Below, piece by piece: positions 47,114 through 58,747 of a stretch of DNA of 64,000 nt. The notes under the pieces are model-generated. The model did not search any database and was not told the DNA's origin. It worked only from the letters and a program-made list of their open reading frames with translations. This DNA is from an uncultured delta proteobacterium. GTDB lineage: Bacteria > Myxococcota_A > Polyangia > Fen-1088. The position numbers were made by a program, and so were the translations under genes. Position 1 is the stretch's first letter. Every line of letters begins with the position of its first letter. The stretch covers positions 128,001 through 192,000 of the forward strand of contig CAWCMR010000009.1 in NCBI GenBank assembly GCA_963796685.1, given 5' to 3'.

Positions 47114-50100
47114 ATGATTGCCAGATTGGTGGCTTCAGCGGTACGGGCACCCGTACTGGTCGCGGTGCTGGCCATCGCGCTGGTCGGGATTGGCCTCTAT
47201 TCCTACAAGGTGCTCGCCATCGAGGCCTATCCCAACCCGGTCGCGCCCATGATCGAAATCATCGCCCAGCCGCAAGGCTGGAGCGCCGAAGAAGTCGAGC
47301 GCTACGTTTCCCTACCACTCGAAACCGGCCTGGTGGGGATGCTTGGCTTGGAGCACATCCGGTCGCAATCGCTGTTCGGCCTGGCCGACGTGAAGTGCTA
47401 CTTCGGTTGGGATACCTCCTATGCCTTGGCACAGCAGCGAGTGCTCAACCAGCTCAACTTCGTGACCCTGCCCCAAGGGGTGTCGCCGGAGCTGTCGCCC
47501 TGGAGCGCGATCGGCGAGCTCTACCGTTACAAAGTCGTGGGCAAGGGGTACTCGCTTGCCGACCTGAAGACGGTGCAGGACTGGATTCTCGAGAAGCAGT
47601 TCCGGCAGGTGCCGGGGGTCATCGACGTGGTTGGCTTCGGCGGTCTGACCAAGCAGTACCACGTGGAGGTCGATCCCTACCGCTTGCGCGGACGCAGCGT
47701 GCCCCTGTCGCAGCTTCAGGCTGCCATCGCCAACGCCAACCAGAATGTGGGCGGCCAACGCATCACGCTTGGCGCGCAGTCGTTCGATGTGCGTGGGGTC
47801 GGTCTCATCCGTTCCGTGCAGGACATCGGCGACACTACCATTGGCGCTGTCAAGGGCGTGCCGGTCCGGGTGCGCGATGTGGCCAACGTCAGCGTGGGGG
47901 CTGCCCCTCGCCTTGGAATTGTCGGGCAGGATGACGAACCCGACGTGGTCGAGGGCATCGTGCTCATGCGCTATGGCGGCGATTCGCTCAAGACCATCCG
48001 GGGCATTCACGATCGCGTGGACTACATCCACCGCAACCGCGTGCTTCCCCCGGGCATCGACATCGAGCCCGTCTACGACCGTGCCGATCTTGTCAATCTG
48101 ACCACCCACACGGTGATGGAGAATCTCCTTACCGGCATGATCCTCGTCTCCATCGTGCTCTACCTGTTTCTCGGCAATGTCCGCGCCGCGCTCATCACGG
48201 CGATCAACATTCCCTTGGCATTGCTCTTCGCCTTTTCGGGCATGGTGGCCAGCGGCACCGCCGCCAATCTGATTTCCCTGGGCGCCGTGGACTTCGGAAT
48301 CGTCGTCGATTCGACCGTCATCGTGATGGAGAGCATCTTCGTCAAGTTCCTGTGCAAGGGCGGGGATGCGTTCGAGCGCGTGGTCGCGGCGGCGCGCGAG
48401 GTCGGACCGCCCATGTTCGCTTCCACGCTGATTATCGCCGTGGCCTTCATCCCGCTGTTCACCTTGACCGGCGTCGCGGGTGTCATCATGTCGCCGATGG
48501 CGCATACCTATGCCTTCGCCATCGGTGGCGCCATCCTGCTCGCGCTCACGTTCACGCCCACACTCGCCGCGAGAGCACTGCCCATGCGCAACGCCGAGCA
48601 TGGGGAAGGGGAGAGCGTGGCGATGCGCTTCCTCAGCCGGCTCTACCGTCCTTTGTTCGCATTCTCGTTGCGCCGTCCGAGGATGGCTATCTTCGTCGGG
48701 CTGGTCCCGGTGGCGATCGCCTTGGCGGCGTCGGTATTCCTCGGCCGGGAATTCATGCCCAAGCTCGAAGAGGGCAATTTCTGGATCCGTGCGACACTGC
48801 CCATCTCCATTTCACTCGAGCAGTCGGCTCGCTACGTGGGCCGTATGCGTGCCATCGTGCGCGGCTGTCCCGACGACGAGCGGGCCCCGTGCACGAAGGA
48901 ACAGCAGCGTAGGCCGGAAGTGCAAACCGTGGTCTCTCAGCTCGGCCGCCCCGACGACGGCACCGACGTGTCCGGCTTCTACAACATCGAGATCTTGGCC
49001 CCGCTGCGCCCGGCGAAGAAATGGCGCGCGGGTCTGACCAAGGAGATGATGACCCAGGAAATCCAGACGGATCTCACGAATGCCTTTCCCGGCGTGGTAT
49101 TCAACTTCTCCCAGGTCATTTCCGACAACGTGGAAGAGGCCATGTCGGGCGTGAAAGGGGAAAACACCGTCAAAGTCGTCGGTCCCGATCTGCATGTCAA
49201 CGAGACCAAGGCCAACGAGATTGCGGCCGTGCTGGCGAAAGTACCGGGCGTGGCCGATCTGGGCATCTTTCGCTCCCTCGGCCAGCCCGCCATCCGCATC
49301 ACGCCCAACCGGACGCAGATCGGGCGCTACGGGCTCAACACGGGCGACGTTGCCGCGGTCGTGCAAGCCGCCATCGGCGGCCAGGTCATTACCCAGGTAT
49401 TCGAGGGGGAGAAGCGCTTCGATCTGATCTTGCGCTGGGCGGAGCAGTACCGGCGCGACGTGCCCTCCATTCGCAACATTCTGGTGTCGACGCCGGACAG
49501 CTCGCAGGTTCCCCTCGGCCAACTGGCCGAGGTCGTCGAGGAGGAAGGCCCTTCGGTGATCTTTCGCGAAGACCTCAAACGCTACGTACCGGTCAAGTTC
49601 TCGGTGCGTGGTCGCGATCTCGGCTCGACCATTTCGCAGGCACAAGCTGGCATCACCGCGGCGGTCAAGCTGCCGTACGACACGCACCTGGAGTGGGACG
49701 GCGAGATGAACCAGTTGCGCGAGACCACCGAACGCCTTCTGCTCATCGTCCCCGTCACGCTCGTCGTCATCGCGTTTCTTGCCTTCAGCTCGGCCAAGAA
49801 CTGGCGTGACACCCTCATCGTGCTGCTCGGGGTTCCGGTGGCGTGCAGCGGAGGCCTGATGGCTCTCTACGTGACGGGGACCGACTTCTCCATCTCGGCC
49901 GCCATGGGTTTCATTTCCATCCTGGGGGTGGCGGTCCAGGACGCGCTTCTGGTCGTCACCTACGCACGTCAGCTGCGCGAGGACGGCCACACCGCCGAGG
50001 AGAGCGCCCTTTGGGCAGCCGAGCGACGCCTGCGCCCCGTCCTGATGTCGACCTTCGTGGCCATGCTCGGGCTCCTCCCCGCCGCTCTCTCGCGTGGCAT

Positions 50101-50239
50101 CGGTTCGGAAACGCAGAAGCCGCTCGCGATCGTGGTCATCGGCGGCGCGCTCGCGCTGGTCGTCTTGCCTCGCCTGCTCCAGCCCGCGCTGGTCACCCTC
50201 GCCCACCGCAAACGTTCCTCGTTGTCGGGGGTACCCTGA
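47114..50239 (+). CDS. CzcA/CusA-family heavy-metal efflux RND permease
   Basis: 1041 aa; ANLISLGAVDFGIVVDS....E (TM4), EFMPKLEEG, GRPDDGTD, RLRPVLM, GSETQKPLA. Confidence 0.95.
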   Translation: MIARLVASAVRAPVLVAVLAIALVGIGLYSYKVLAIEAYPNPVAPMIEIIAQPQGWSAEEVERYVSLPLETGLVGMLGLEHIRSQSLFGLADVKCYFGWDTSYALAQQRVLNQLNFVTLPQGVSPELSPWSAIGELYRYKVVGKGYSLADLKTVQDWILEKQFRQVPGVIDVVGFGGLTKQYHVEVDPYRLRGRSVPLSQLQAAIANANQNVGGQRITLGAQSFDVRGVGLIRSVQDIGDTTIGAVKGVPVRVRDVANVSVGAAPRLGIVGQDDEPDVVEGIVLMRYGGDSLKTIRGIHDRVDYIHRNRVLPPGIDIEPVYDRADLVNLTTHTVMENLLTGMILVSIVLYLFLGNVRAALITAINIPLALLFAFSGMVASGTAANLISLGAVDFGIVVDSTVIVMESIFVKFLCKGGDAFERVVAAAREVGPPMFASTLIIAVAFIPLFTLTGVAGVIMSPMAHTYAFAIGGAILLALTFTPTLAARALPMRNAEHGEGESVAMRFLSRLYRPLFAFSLRRPRMAIFVGLVPVAIALAASVFLGREFMPKLEEGNFWIRATLPISISLEQSARYVGRMRAIVRGCPDDERAPCTKEQQRRPEVQTVVSQLGRPDDGTDVSGFYNIEILAPLRPAKKWRAGLTKEMMTQEIQTDLTNAFPGVVFNFSQVISDNVEEAMSGVKGENTVKVVGPDLHVNETKANEIAAVLAKVPGVADLGIFRSLGQPAIRITPNRTQIGRYGLNTGDVAAVVQAAIGGQVITQVFEGEKRFDLILRWAEQYRRDVPSIRNILVSTPDSSQVPLGQLAEVVEEEGPSVIFREDLKRYVPVKFSVRGRDLGSTISQAQAGITAAVKLPYDTHLEWDGEMNQLRETTERLLLIVPVTLVVIAFLAFSSAKNWRDTLIVLLGVPVACSGGLMALYVTGTDFSISAAMGFISILGVAVQDALLVVTYARQLREDGHTAEESALWAAERRLRPVLMSTFVAMLGLLPAALSRGIGSETQKPLAIVVIGGALALVVLPRLLQPALVTLAHRKRSSLSGVP

Positions 50240-50472
50240 GACCACCTTGGCAATGCTCCGACTGGCCGCCATGGGCTTGGGATCGATTTGAATCGGGGAT
50301 CCATCGGTGTATCTTCACCACCCGCCGCTTCGTGAACCATGTCTTCCATCCATTTGTTCTACTCGTCGTCCTCATTTACGGTACCCGCACCATCGAGCGA
50401 GGGTGACGCCACGCGTCCGCCCCGCGCCGAAAATGCGTCGTCCTTCTGCATCGCGGGACTCTCCTCCGGATC

Positions 50473-51839
<1,367 letters not shown>

Positions 51840-51843
<4 letters not shown>

Positions 51844-53138
51844 GCAACCCTGCCGAGGCTCCTGCGTCCTTTCCCAAACAGCCCCCGAAGGCTTGGCCTG
51901 TTCTCGTTGCTTTGGCCATCGTCGCCATTTTGCTGCTCTCGATGCTGGTTGCCGATCTCATGGTGGCTCGTCGGGTCGCCTCGCGAACCTCGGAGATGGT
52001 CGACGACGAACAGCGGTCCATCGAGCTGGTGGATGACATGCGTGATGACGCCGAGCGCATGGCGTCGCTGGCGCTCTCCGAGGAGGAGTTGGTCGTGGCG
52101 GCGCAGCACATCGCGCTCCACGCGCAAGCCTACGAGCCGCTCACATCCCAGCCCGGCGAGCTCGAGGAGTGGCGCCGCCTGCGCACCAATCTCTCGGACC
52201 TCGAGAGCTTCGTTCGCAAGCACGACTCGTCGGCCATTCCCGCCCGCATCGCGCGCATCCGTTCTTCGGTCCGCCGGCTTGGCGTCATCAACCGCGACGC
52301 TACCCGCAGGCAGGCCAAGGCCATCCGCTCCATCCACCTGCAGGCGATGGCCTTGGACGGGCTCGTGGGGCTCGTGGCGTTGGCCCTGGTCGCCGCGATT
52401 GTCTTGTTCATCCTCCGCGTCTTGGCCAGGCAACGCGCCTTGACCGAGGCACACATCAACCTTCTCTCGGAGCGCAACCGAGAGCTGGACGCGTTTGCCG
52501 AGCGCGCCGCCCACGACCTGCGCGTGCCCTTGAGTCCCATTCGAGGCTATGCGGACCTTCTCATGGCAGGCCGGGAACCTCCCGACAGCGTTCAGCAGAT
52601 GGCGGCGCAGATTCGCCTCGCGGTGGATCAGATGACGCGTGTCGTGGAGAACATGCTCCACATGTCGCGCGCCGGCCGTCTTTCGCCTGGGACCGCATCT
52701 GTCGCGGAAGTCGCGACCGAGGTGCTTCGCGAGCTTCGTCCGCAGTTACTTGGCGCGGAGGTCACCACGTCGCTCTCGGGCGATGTCGTGGCTTGTGCAC
52801 CGAGCGTGCTCGCCCAGATCTTGCGCAATCTCATCACCAACTCCGTCAAGTTCCAGTCCAAGCAACGGCGATTGAGGCTGGCCATGACCACCGTTTCCCA
52901 CCCAAGCGACATCGAATTGATCCTCGATGACAATGGCATCGGGATGAGCGACGAGGACCTTGTCCACGCCTTCGAACCCTACTACCGCGGGAGCGAACAG
53001 CGAGAGGTGCCGGGGCATGGCCTGGGGTTGGCCATTGTCCAAAGGACGATGACCGCGCTCGGCGGCAGCTGTCGACTGGCCCATTCATCCTTGGGTGGGA
53101 CATCCGTCGCGCTGCGCCTTCCGCGCGCTTCGGCCTAG
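51840..53138 (+). CDS. Membrane sensor histidine kinase
   Basis: Two TMs, H box AHDLRVPL, N box, DNGIG, FEPYYR, GHGLGL. Confidence 0.93.
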
Positions 53139-54038
53139 AAGCGCCGATGAGGAGCAGCGCAACAGCCATGGCTCGGGGACGTAGCAGGCGACCAGCAGCG
53201 TGCTCATCAGTATCGCGAACCAGATCACCGGCCCGAACATAAGGCCGATGAGCGCGTGCATCGAGAGCCCGAAGAGCACGGCGTAGCGGCGCGTCCAGGG
53301 GAGCGCGAACCAGAGCGGAGCCAGGACCTCGAAGGTCAGCGAGCCATACTGCAGAAGCTGCCACGCCCAGCCGGGTACCGCCCGCGCCAGGAGCCAGGAG
53401 ATCGTCGTTTGATAGTTGTCGTGCAGATGACTCCAGAGCACATCGCCGCCCAGCCAATCGCCTCGCAGCTTGGCGATCCCGGCACCCGAGTACATCGCAC
53501 AAAGGAAGATCTGGAAGAACCGGATGACGCCCCCCCGGACGTGGGTCGGCACGGGCACCTCCGGATGCCACCGCCGATGCAGCCAGGCGTCGATGCCGTA
53601 GCGCGCACCCGATGGGCTCAGGCAGAGCGCAACTGCGATCATCGGCCCGAGCTTGCTAACCGTGAACGCCTCCAGCCTGTCCGCGAGCGCCAGATAAGCC
53701 AGCAGCGCAGCGAACAGCCCGCCTGAGACGCGGGTGAAGAGCCCGGCCGATAGGGCCAGCCCGGTCAGCACGGTCACGACGGCAATCGTCCAGGCAAGCC
53801 CGGGCGACACAGGGGGGATGTAGAGCGGCTGGCGCCAGTCGTGGCCGCCGAGGTAGGGGACCCGAAATCCGACTGTGGAAATCCAATGATCGGCGTGGAC
53901 GAGCCGCGAAGTCTGGAAGAGCAAAAGGACCAGCGGCAACACGATGCGCGCCAGCGCCAGCCGCTGAATCGGTTGCGGCGCATCGATCCAGGCGAGGAGG
54001 CGAGTCCAGGACGTCTTGGGCAACGGCGGGCGTCTCAT
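53085..54038 (-). CDS. HTTM-domain membrane protein (vitamin K-dependent carboxylase/SdpB superfamily)
   Basis: LALARI, GLFTR, Y.IDA, Q....YSGAGIAKLRGDW, FE...P, HALIGLM. The 3' end overlaps the convergent kinase gene. Confidence 0.85.
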   Translation of the reverse strand: MRRPPLPKTSWTRLLAWIDAPQPIQRLALARIVLPLVLLLFQTSRLVHADHWISTVGFRVPYLGGHDWRQPLYIPPVSPGLAWTIAVVTVLTGLALSAGLFTRVSGGLFAALLAYLALADRLEAFTVSKLGPMIAVALCLSPSGARYGIDAWLHRRWHPEVPVPTHVRGGVIRFFQIFLCAMYSGAGIAKLRGDWLGGDVLWSHLHDNYQTTISWLLARAVPGWAWQLLQYGSLTFEVLAPLWFALPWTRRYAVLFGLSMHALIGLMFGPVIWFAILMSTLLVACYVPEPWLLRCSSSALLGRSARKAQRDGCPTQG

Positions 54039-54625
54039 GGTGGACCGGGCTCCTGACAGCGCCGGATCCGCTCGGCGGACGAGGTGACGTACCAGTACTT
54101 CCGCCCGACATCGCGCGGGTAGTCGGTGAGCGGCAGGCGCTGGTATCGCCCCTCGGACGTGCCAGGGGGCGGAATAGGTATCCGCAGGCTCAGTAGCGTG
54201 ACGCCGCCAATCCGGGCCTCGGGGTGGGCACGGTTTTGCTGCTCGACGATGAACGCGTCCAGCGCCTCGAGCACGCGCCGCTGGTGGCGGTGGAAGAACA
54301 TCGCCCGGTAGAAGCGGCTCTCCTTGTCGTCGCGCCGGATAGGAAAGAACGGGCGGATGTCGATCTCCTCGAAATGGCCGGCTTCGCAGAGCCAAGCCTC
54401 GGCGCGGTACTCGATGGAGTCGCGTGCCGCATTCGGAAACAGCGCCGCCTCTTGCACGAAGAATCGGACCGGCAGCGGCAGGATCTTCTCCGCAAGCCTC
54501 AGCCCAACCGCGTCCATCCAGACGAGGAGTGCGTAGAGTCCGCCGAGGACGACGAGCACTCTGCGGACGCGGAGAGGCGTCCACGGCTCGGCCACGACGC
54601 GTCCGTCGGACTTTGCGGCAGGCAT
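54035..54625 (-). CDS. Single-TM partner of the HTTM protein (SdpA/DUF5819-like position)
   Basis: N-terminal TM, FFVQEAALFP, Cys pair; 4-nt overlap with the HTTM gene start. Confidence 0.7.
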   Translation of the reverse strand: MPAAKSDGRVVAEPWTPLRVRRVLVVLGGLYALLVWMDAVGLRLAEKILPLPVRFFVQEAALFPNAARDSIEYRAEAWLCEAGHFEEIDIRPFFPIRRDDKESRFYRAMFFHRHQRRVLEALDAFIVEQQNRAHPEARIGGVTLLSLRIPIPPPGTSEGRYQRLPLTDYPRDVGRKYWYVTSSAERIRRCQEPGPP

Positions 54626-54836
54626 GCGATGGATCTACAACGAAGTCATCTCTTTCGCTGCAACAGGCGACTGCGGACACCGCACAGTATGGCTCGGCGT
54701 GCTGCCGGATTGTGCCAATTGTGAAGCCCGTGTGATCGGAAGAGCCTGCTGGCGGCATCTAACATATTGGCGCACGTCCAGCACATGGACCTGCAAAGGA
54801 CAATCTGACGTCGAGTGAGGAGAGTCCCAAACCCGA

Positions 54837-56258
54837 TCAATTGACGACGACGACGCCGACAGGGACGTTGCCCACGCTGGCGGCGTCGGTGGCATAATTG
54901 CACTGATAGTCCGCCGCGGTTCGCTGTCGCAAAAAATACACCCCCGACTGACTTGGTGCCTTGAACGAAAACGCCCGCGTGGCGACCTCGGTGGGCCCCG
55001 ATGAGCCTCCCGTACCCATGACACAATCGACCCAAGGGCCGTCCTTGCTGACACTGACACCGTCCAATCCCACGTCGGTCGTCAAGATGGCGCCACCCGT
55101 CCCCGAGGAACCATTCCACACTGTTTCGTGGCAAGTCCCCGCTAAAGCCGCACCCTTGCTCACGACAGCGATGGGGCCACCTCCGTTGAGCCGAAGATTG
55201 TCGAAAATACCACCCCAATGGGTGTAGTCCCCGTTGACGGCTACCGTGATGGATCGAACGGCCTCCTGAAACGTCCCAAAATCCGCATACCAGGATAGTG
55301 TCTGCGACGCCACGCCCGCCGTGCCGGGAACGGTCACGAAAGCATAGGTGGGGCCTGCGCTGGCCGTGACCGCTGTCGTCGCAGTGGCTCCCTTGCTGGG
55401 CGTGCTGCCGTCGGTCGTGTAGTAAATCGTCGCGGCCGAAGTGGTTGCAATGCCAAAGGTTACCGGACGAGGAACGGTCCAGCCGAGAATGTTGGGATTG
55501 GGAAAGATGAGGCTCGAGAAGGCCACATCCTGCCATACACAAATTCCGTTCCTGCAAGTGCTCACGCCCGTGGCACCTGTGACACATTGGTTTCCACAAG
55601 AGCCGCAGTCGTTGTTGTCGGTTTGAAGATTGGCACAATACCCTGGTCCGGCGTCGAAAGAGCACAGCGAGGCGCCTGCGCCGCAGGTGACTGCACACAC
55701 CCCATTCAAACAAGCCGTTCCGTCCCCACAGACATTGCCACACGCTCCGCAATTGGAATTGTCGGTTCGCGTGCTCGCACAATAGGAATATCCACCATCA
55801 AGCGCCGCGCACACCGTGCTGTTCACGCCACACCTGGTCGTGCACCTTCCGGCAGTGCAGACGCTGTCACCTGAGCAAGGCGTTCCGGCACTGCCCATAC
55901 CGCTCTCACCACAGCCGGAGCTTGCCCCACAGTAGGTCATGTCGGTGGCTGGATTGACACAAAGGCCGCCGCAGAGAATTTCAACCCCTGCCGTCGTGGC
56001 AGGACAGATAATGGTCGGATAATCGTTCTCGACGTCCAAGGCACCCGTGTCGTAGACCGCAGGCGCGTCCACCCGGTCCACACCATCGTTGCCGTCCACG
56101 CTGGCATCGACGCCACCGTCGATGCCACCGTCGATGCCTTCGGGCCGAGAACGAAGCTCGTCGTGCTCGAACGTACAGCTCGCCCCCGTCATGCCTAGGA
56201 CGGCGCACAGAACACCGGACAGAAGACCTCTGCTCTGAAATGTGCATGTCGTCTTCAT
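54837..56258 (-). CDS. Cys-rich lipoprotein (Stig1-like D..NCG.CG..C repeats) with a chitobiase/FN3-associated Ig-like domain
   Basis: Lipobox GASC; TDNSNCGACGNVC, TDNNDCGSCGNQC; ATIYYTTDGSTP. Confidence 0.8.
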   Translation of the reverse strand: MKTTCTFQSRGLLSGVLCAVLGMTGASCTFEHDELRSRPEGIDGGIDGGVDASVDGNDGVDRVDAPAVYDTGALDVENDYPTIICPATTAGVEILCGGLCVNPATDMTYCGASSGCGESGMGSAGTPCSGDSVCTAGRCTTRCGVNSTVCAALDGGYSYCASTRTDNSNCGACGNVCGDGTACLNGVCAVTCGAGASLCSFDAGPGYCANLQTDNNDCGSCGNQCVTGATGVSTCRNGICVWQDVAFSSLIFPNPNILGWTVPRPVTFGIATTSAATIYYTTDGSTPSKGATATTAVTASAGPTYAFVTVPGTAGVASQTLSWYADFGTFQEAVRSITVAVNGDYTHWGGIFDNLRLNGGGPIAVVSKGAALAGTCHETVWNGSSGTGGAILTTDVGLDGVSVSKDGPWVDCVMGTGGSSGPTEVATRAFSFKAPSQSGVYFLRQRTAADYQCNYATDAASVGNVPVGVVVVN

Positions 56259-56260
56259 GA

Positions 56261-57229
56261 TTAGAACTCCACCTTGGCGAGCATGCCCTTGCTTTCACCC
56301 AGCATCGGCGCTACCGCGACGGCGTGGTCCTCGACGAAGAACAGAACCCCTGCCGTCACCGCTGCCGCTCCCGCCAGACCCCACAAGACATTGGCCGTTG
56401 TCATGCGCGTCTGAAGCGCATTGATATCGCCTTCACTACACCCCGTCCCATTCGCGCTGGCTCTTCCGCAAGATTTCTTGAGGTCGTTGAACCTCGAGTT
56501 GGCAAGCCCGCCAACGATGGCGGCCGACCCCGCCAGGGCCACAGCCGACCCTGCGGCTACCCAGGTCCATTTCCTTCCCAGCCACCAGCCCGGCTCGGCT
56601 TGCGAAGCTGGTTTTGCCTGGGCGGCGACAGCCTCTGTCCCGAGCTGCAGCGGCGCCGCCGAGACCGGCAGCACCGCTTTGGGTACTTGAATGACGACCG
56701 ACAGGAGCGTGCCTGCCCTGACCTCCGGGTTCTCGACGACGATCGGGGCCCCCGGGTACGTGGCGAGGATCTGGTGACGGCCCGGCGTGGCCCAGGTGTC
56801 GACCGACAAGGGTGTCTGTCCGAGGCGCTTGCCGTCCATGCTGACCTCCGTGCCGGCGCGTGTGCACTCGATGCGAACCCGTCCCAGCTTCCTTCGCAAG
56901 ACCTCCATCGAGGTTTGGGCATCTTCAAGCGCGCCCTTCGAGGCATCGGACGGAAGGGCGACGAACTTCTCGAATGCGCTCAGCGCTTCGACAGGCCTAC
57001 CGAGGTCGCGATTGGCTTGGCCAATGTTGAACCACAGTTTGGGCGAAGGAAAGGCCGCGTATGCAGCCTCGAACGCTTGGAGCGCACCTACGTAATCACC
57101 CTTTCTGTAGAGGGAGGTTCCCTCTCCCACCAGGGTTTTGGCCTTGGCTTTGCTCTCGATTTCCTTGGCGGGTGTCGCGGATTGTGCCAACCAGGCGAAA
57201 AGGACAAGGGAAGTTGTAGTCAGGGTCAT
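56261..57229 (-). CDS. TPR + PEGA domain protein with C-terminal membrane-associated tail
   Basis: G..LY..GDY..AL.AF.AAY...PSPKL.FNIGQ TPR; V.MDGK.LG.TPL..PGRH PEGA; hydrophobic helices and a terminal Phe. Confidence 0.88.
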   Translation of the reverse strand: MTLTTTSLVLFAWLAQSATPAKEIESKAKAKTLVGEGTSLYRKGDYVGALQAFEAAYAAFPSPKLWFNIGQANRDLGRPVEALSAFEKFVALPSDASKGALEDAQTSMEVLRRKLGRVRIECTRAGTEVSMDGKRLGQTPLSVDTWATPGRHQILATYPGAPIVVENPEVRAGTLLSVVIQVPKAVLPVSAAPLQLGTEAVAAQAKPASQAEPGWWLGRKWTWVAAGSAVALAGSAAIVGGLANSRFNDLKKSCGRASANGTGCSEGDINALQTRMTTANVLWGLAGAAAVTAGVLFFVEDHAVAVAPMLGESKGMLAKVEF

Positions 57230-58617
57230 AGGTCCTCGATGAGTTTCCGCTCGACCTTGGGCCGAGACGACGGCGACGATGCGGCAGGGCCCCCCGCATT
57301 TCCTGGACGGGCTGGCCCCTTGGCTTTGTTCTGGCGGGAACGTGCTGTCTTGCTGCCCGGCCGTTCCTCGACGGTCGGCTTTTCTGCGCCGGCAGATGCT
57401 GCCGCAGGCACCTGGGGTGGTTCGGCCGACCTGGCCGGCGGGACGGGCAGCGCGGCTTGCTCCGGTTGCGCCGCAGGTCTCGCAAGGTCAGGAGCAGTTG
57501 GCGCGGAAATCGGGAAGGGACTCGGCCGGGGACGAAGCAGAAGAAATCCGGTTCCCAGAAGCGCGAGGAGCAGGCCGCCAGCCGCGGCCCAGATCCATCG
57601 GAGCCGTGACGCAGGGAGGGCGAGCCTGCTGCCCAGCTCGCCCGCGGTTTGCGTGAAGGTGGTGGGCTTCTTCGCCGCCGGGCTGTCTCTCGACACGGGC
57701 AAGAGCTCGGTCTTCGGCGAAGGCGCAACCGCACCGAGCCCACCAGCCTTCCCCGATACGCTGAGATCAAGCGCGGAGGCAAAAGCGCTCACGCTGGGAA
57801 AACGGTCGGCTTTCTTCTTGGATAGTGCGCGACGAAGGACGTCTTCGACTTCGGGCGAAAGGCCGGGAACCTTTGGCGTGAGCGGCGGGGCCGGTTCGTG
57901 TACGACCTGGAAGAGGAGGGACGGAACATTCTCGCCGATGAAGGGCGCGCTGCCCGACAGACACTCCCAGGTGATGCACGCGAGGGCCCACTGGTCGGTG
58001 CGATCGTCGATCTCGTCGATAGCGCCCAACGCCTGCTCCGGAGACATGTAGTCCGGCGTGCCCATCACCGATTCAGCTCGGGTGAGCTTGGTCGTGGCCG
58101 CGCGAACTTTGCTGATCCCGAAGTCGAGCACCTTGACGAAGTCGGCCTCCTCGGCAGCTGCCAACAAATAGATGTTGGCGGGCTTGAGGTCGCGGTGAAC
58201 GATCTTCTTGGCGTGGGTGGCGGCCAAGGCCGATGCGACCTGCTTGATGATGCGAAGGGTACTGGTGGGCGACAGGCGCCGGTCGCGGCGGAGGCGCTGG
58301 TCGAGATCCTCGCCTTCCAGGAACTCCATGACCAGAAAGGGTTCACCTGTCGGCATGCTGCTGAAATCGAAGACCTGCACGATATGCGGATGGCCGAGGC
58401 CGCTGGTTACCAGGGCTTCGCGGTGGAAGCGAAGCAGGGCCTCGTGGTTTTCGGCCAATTCGCGCGCCATCACCTTGACCGCGACGCGCTTGCCAAGGCG
58501 AAGATGCGTCGCCGTGTAGACCGCGCCCATGCCGCCCTTGCCGAGGAGACCTTCGATACGATAAGCCCCTTCGAGGACGGTTCCCATCAAAGCTTCGGCC
58601 GATTGGTCGTGCGGCAT
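57226..58617 (-). CDS. Membrane-anchored Hanks-type Ser/Thr protein kinase
   Basis: GKGGMG, VAVK, HRDLKPAN, DFG, GTPDYMSPEQ; TM and Pro/Ala tail ending RKLIEDL; overlaps the next gene (ATGA). Confidence 0.94.
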   Translation of the reverse strand: MPHDQSAEALMGTVLEGAYRIEGLLGKGGMGAVYTATHLRLGKRVAVKVMARELAENHEALLRFHREALVTSGLGHPHIVQVFDFSSMPTGEPFLVMEFLEGEDLDQRLRRDRRLSPTSTLRIIKQVASALAATHAKKIVHRDLKPANIYLLAAAEEADFVKVLDFGISKVRAATTKLTRAESVMGTPDYMSPEQALGAIDEIDDRTDQWALACITWECLSGSAPFIGENVPSLLFQVVHEPAPPLTPKVPGLSPEVEDVLRRALSKKKADRFPSVSAFASALDLSVSGKAGGLGAVAPSPKTELLPVSRDSPAAKKPTTFTQTAGELGSRLALPASRLRWIWAAAGGLLLALLGTGFLLLRPRPSPFPISAPTAPDLARPAAQPEQAALPVPPARSAEPPQVPAAASAGAEKPTVEERPGSKTARSRQNKAKGPARPGNAGGPAASSPSSRPKVERKLIEDL

Positions 58618-58747
58618 GATCTTGGACGCTCGTTGTCGCAGGTCGTTTTTCTGGTAATTAGCATAGAAAATGACGCTTTGGGGAACCGATTGTCCCTCCC
58701 GCTTCGGGCTTGTCCCAAACCTGCGGCGAGCTCGGGCGTATCTCCGT

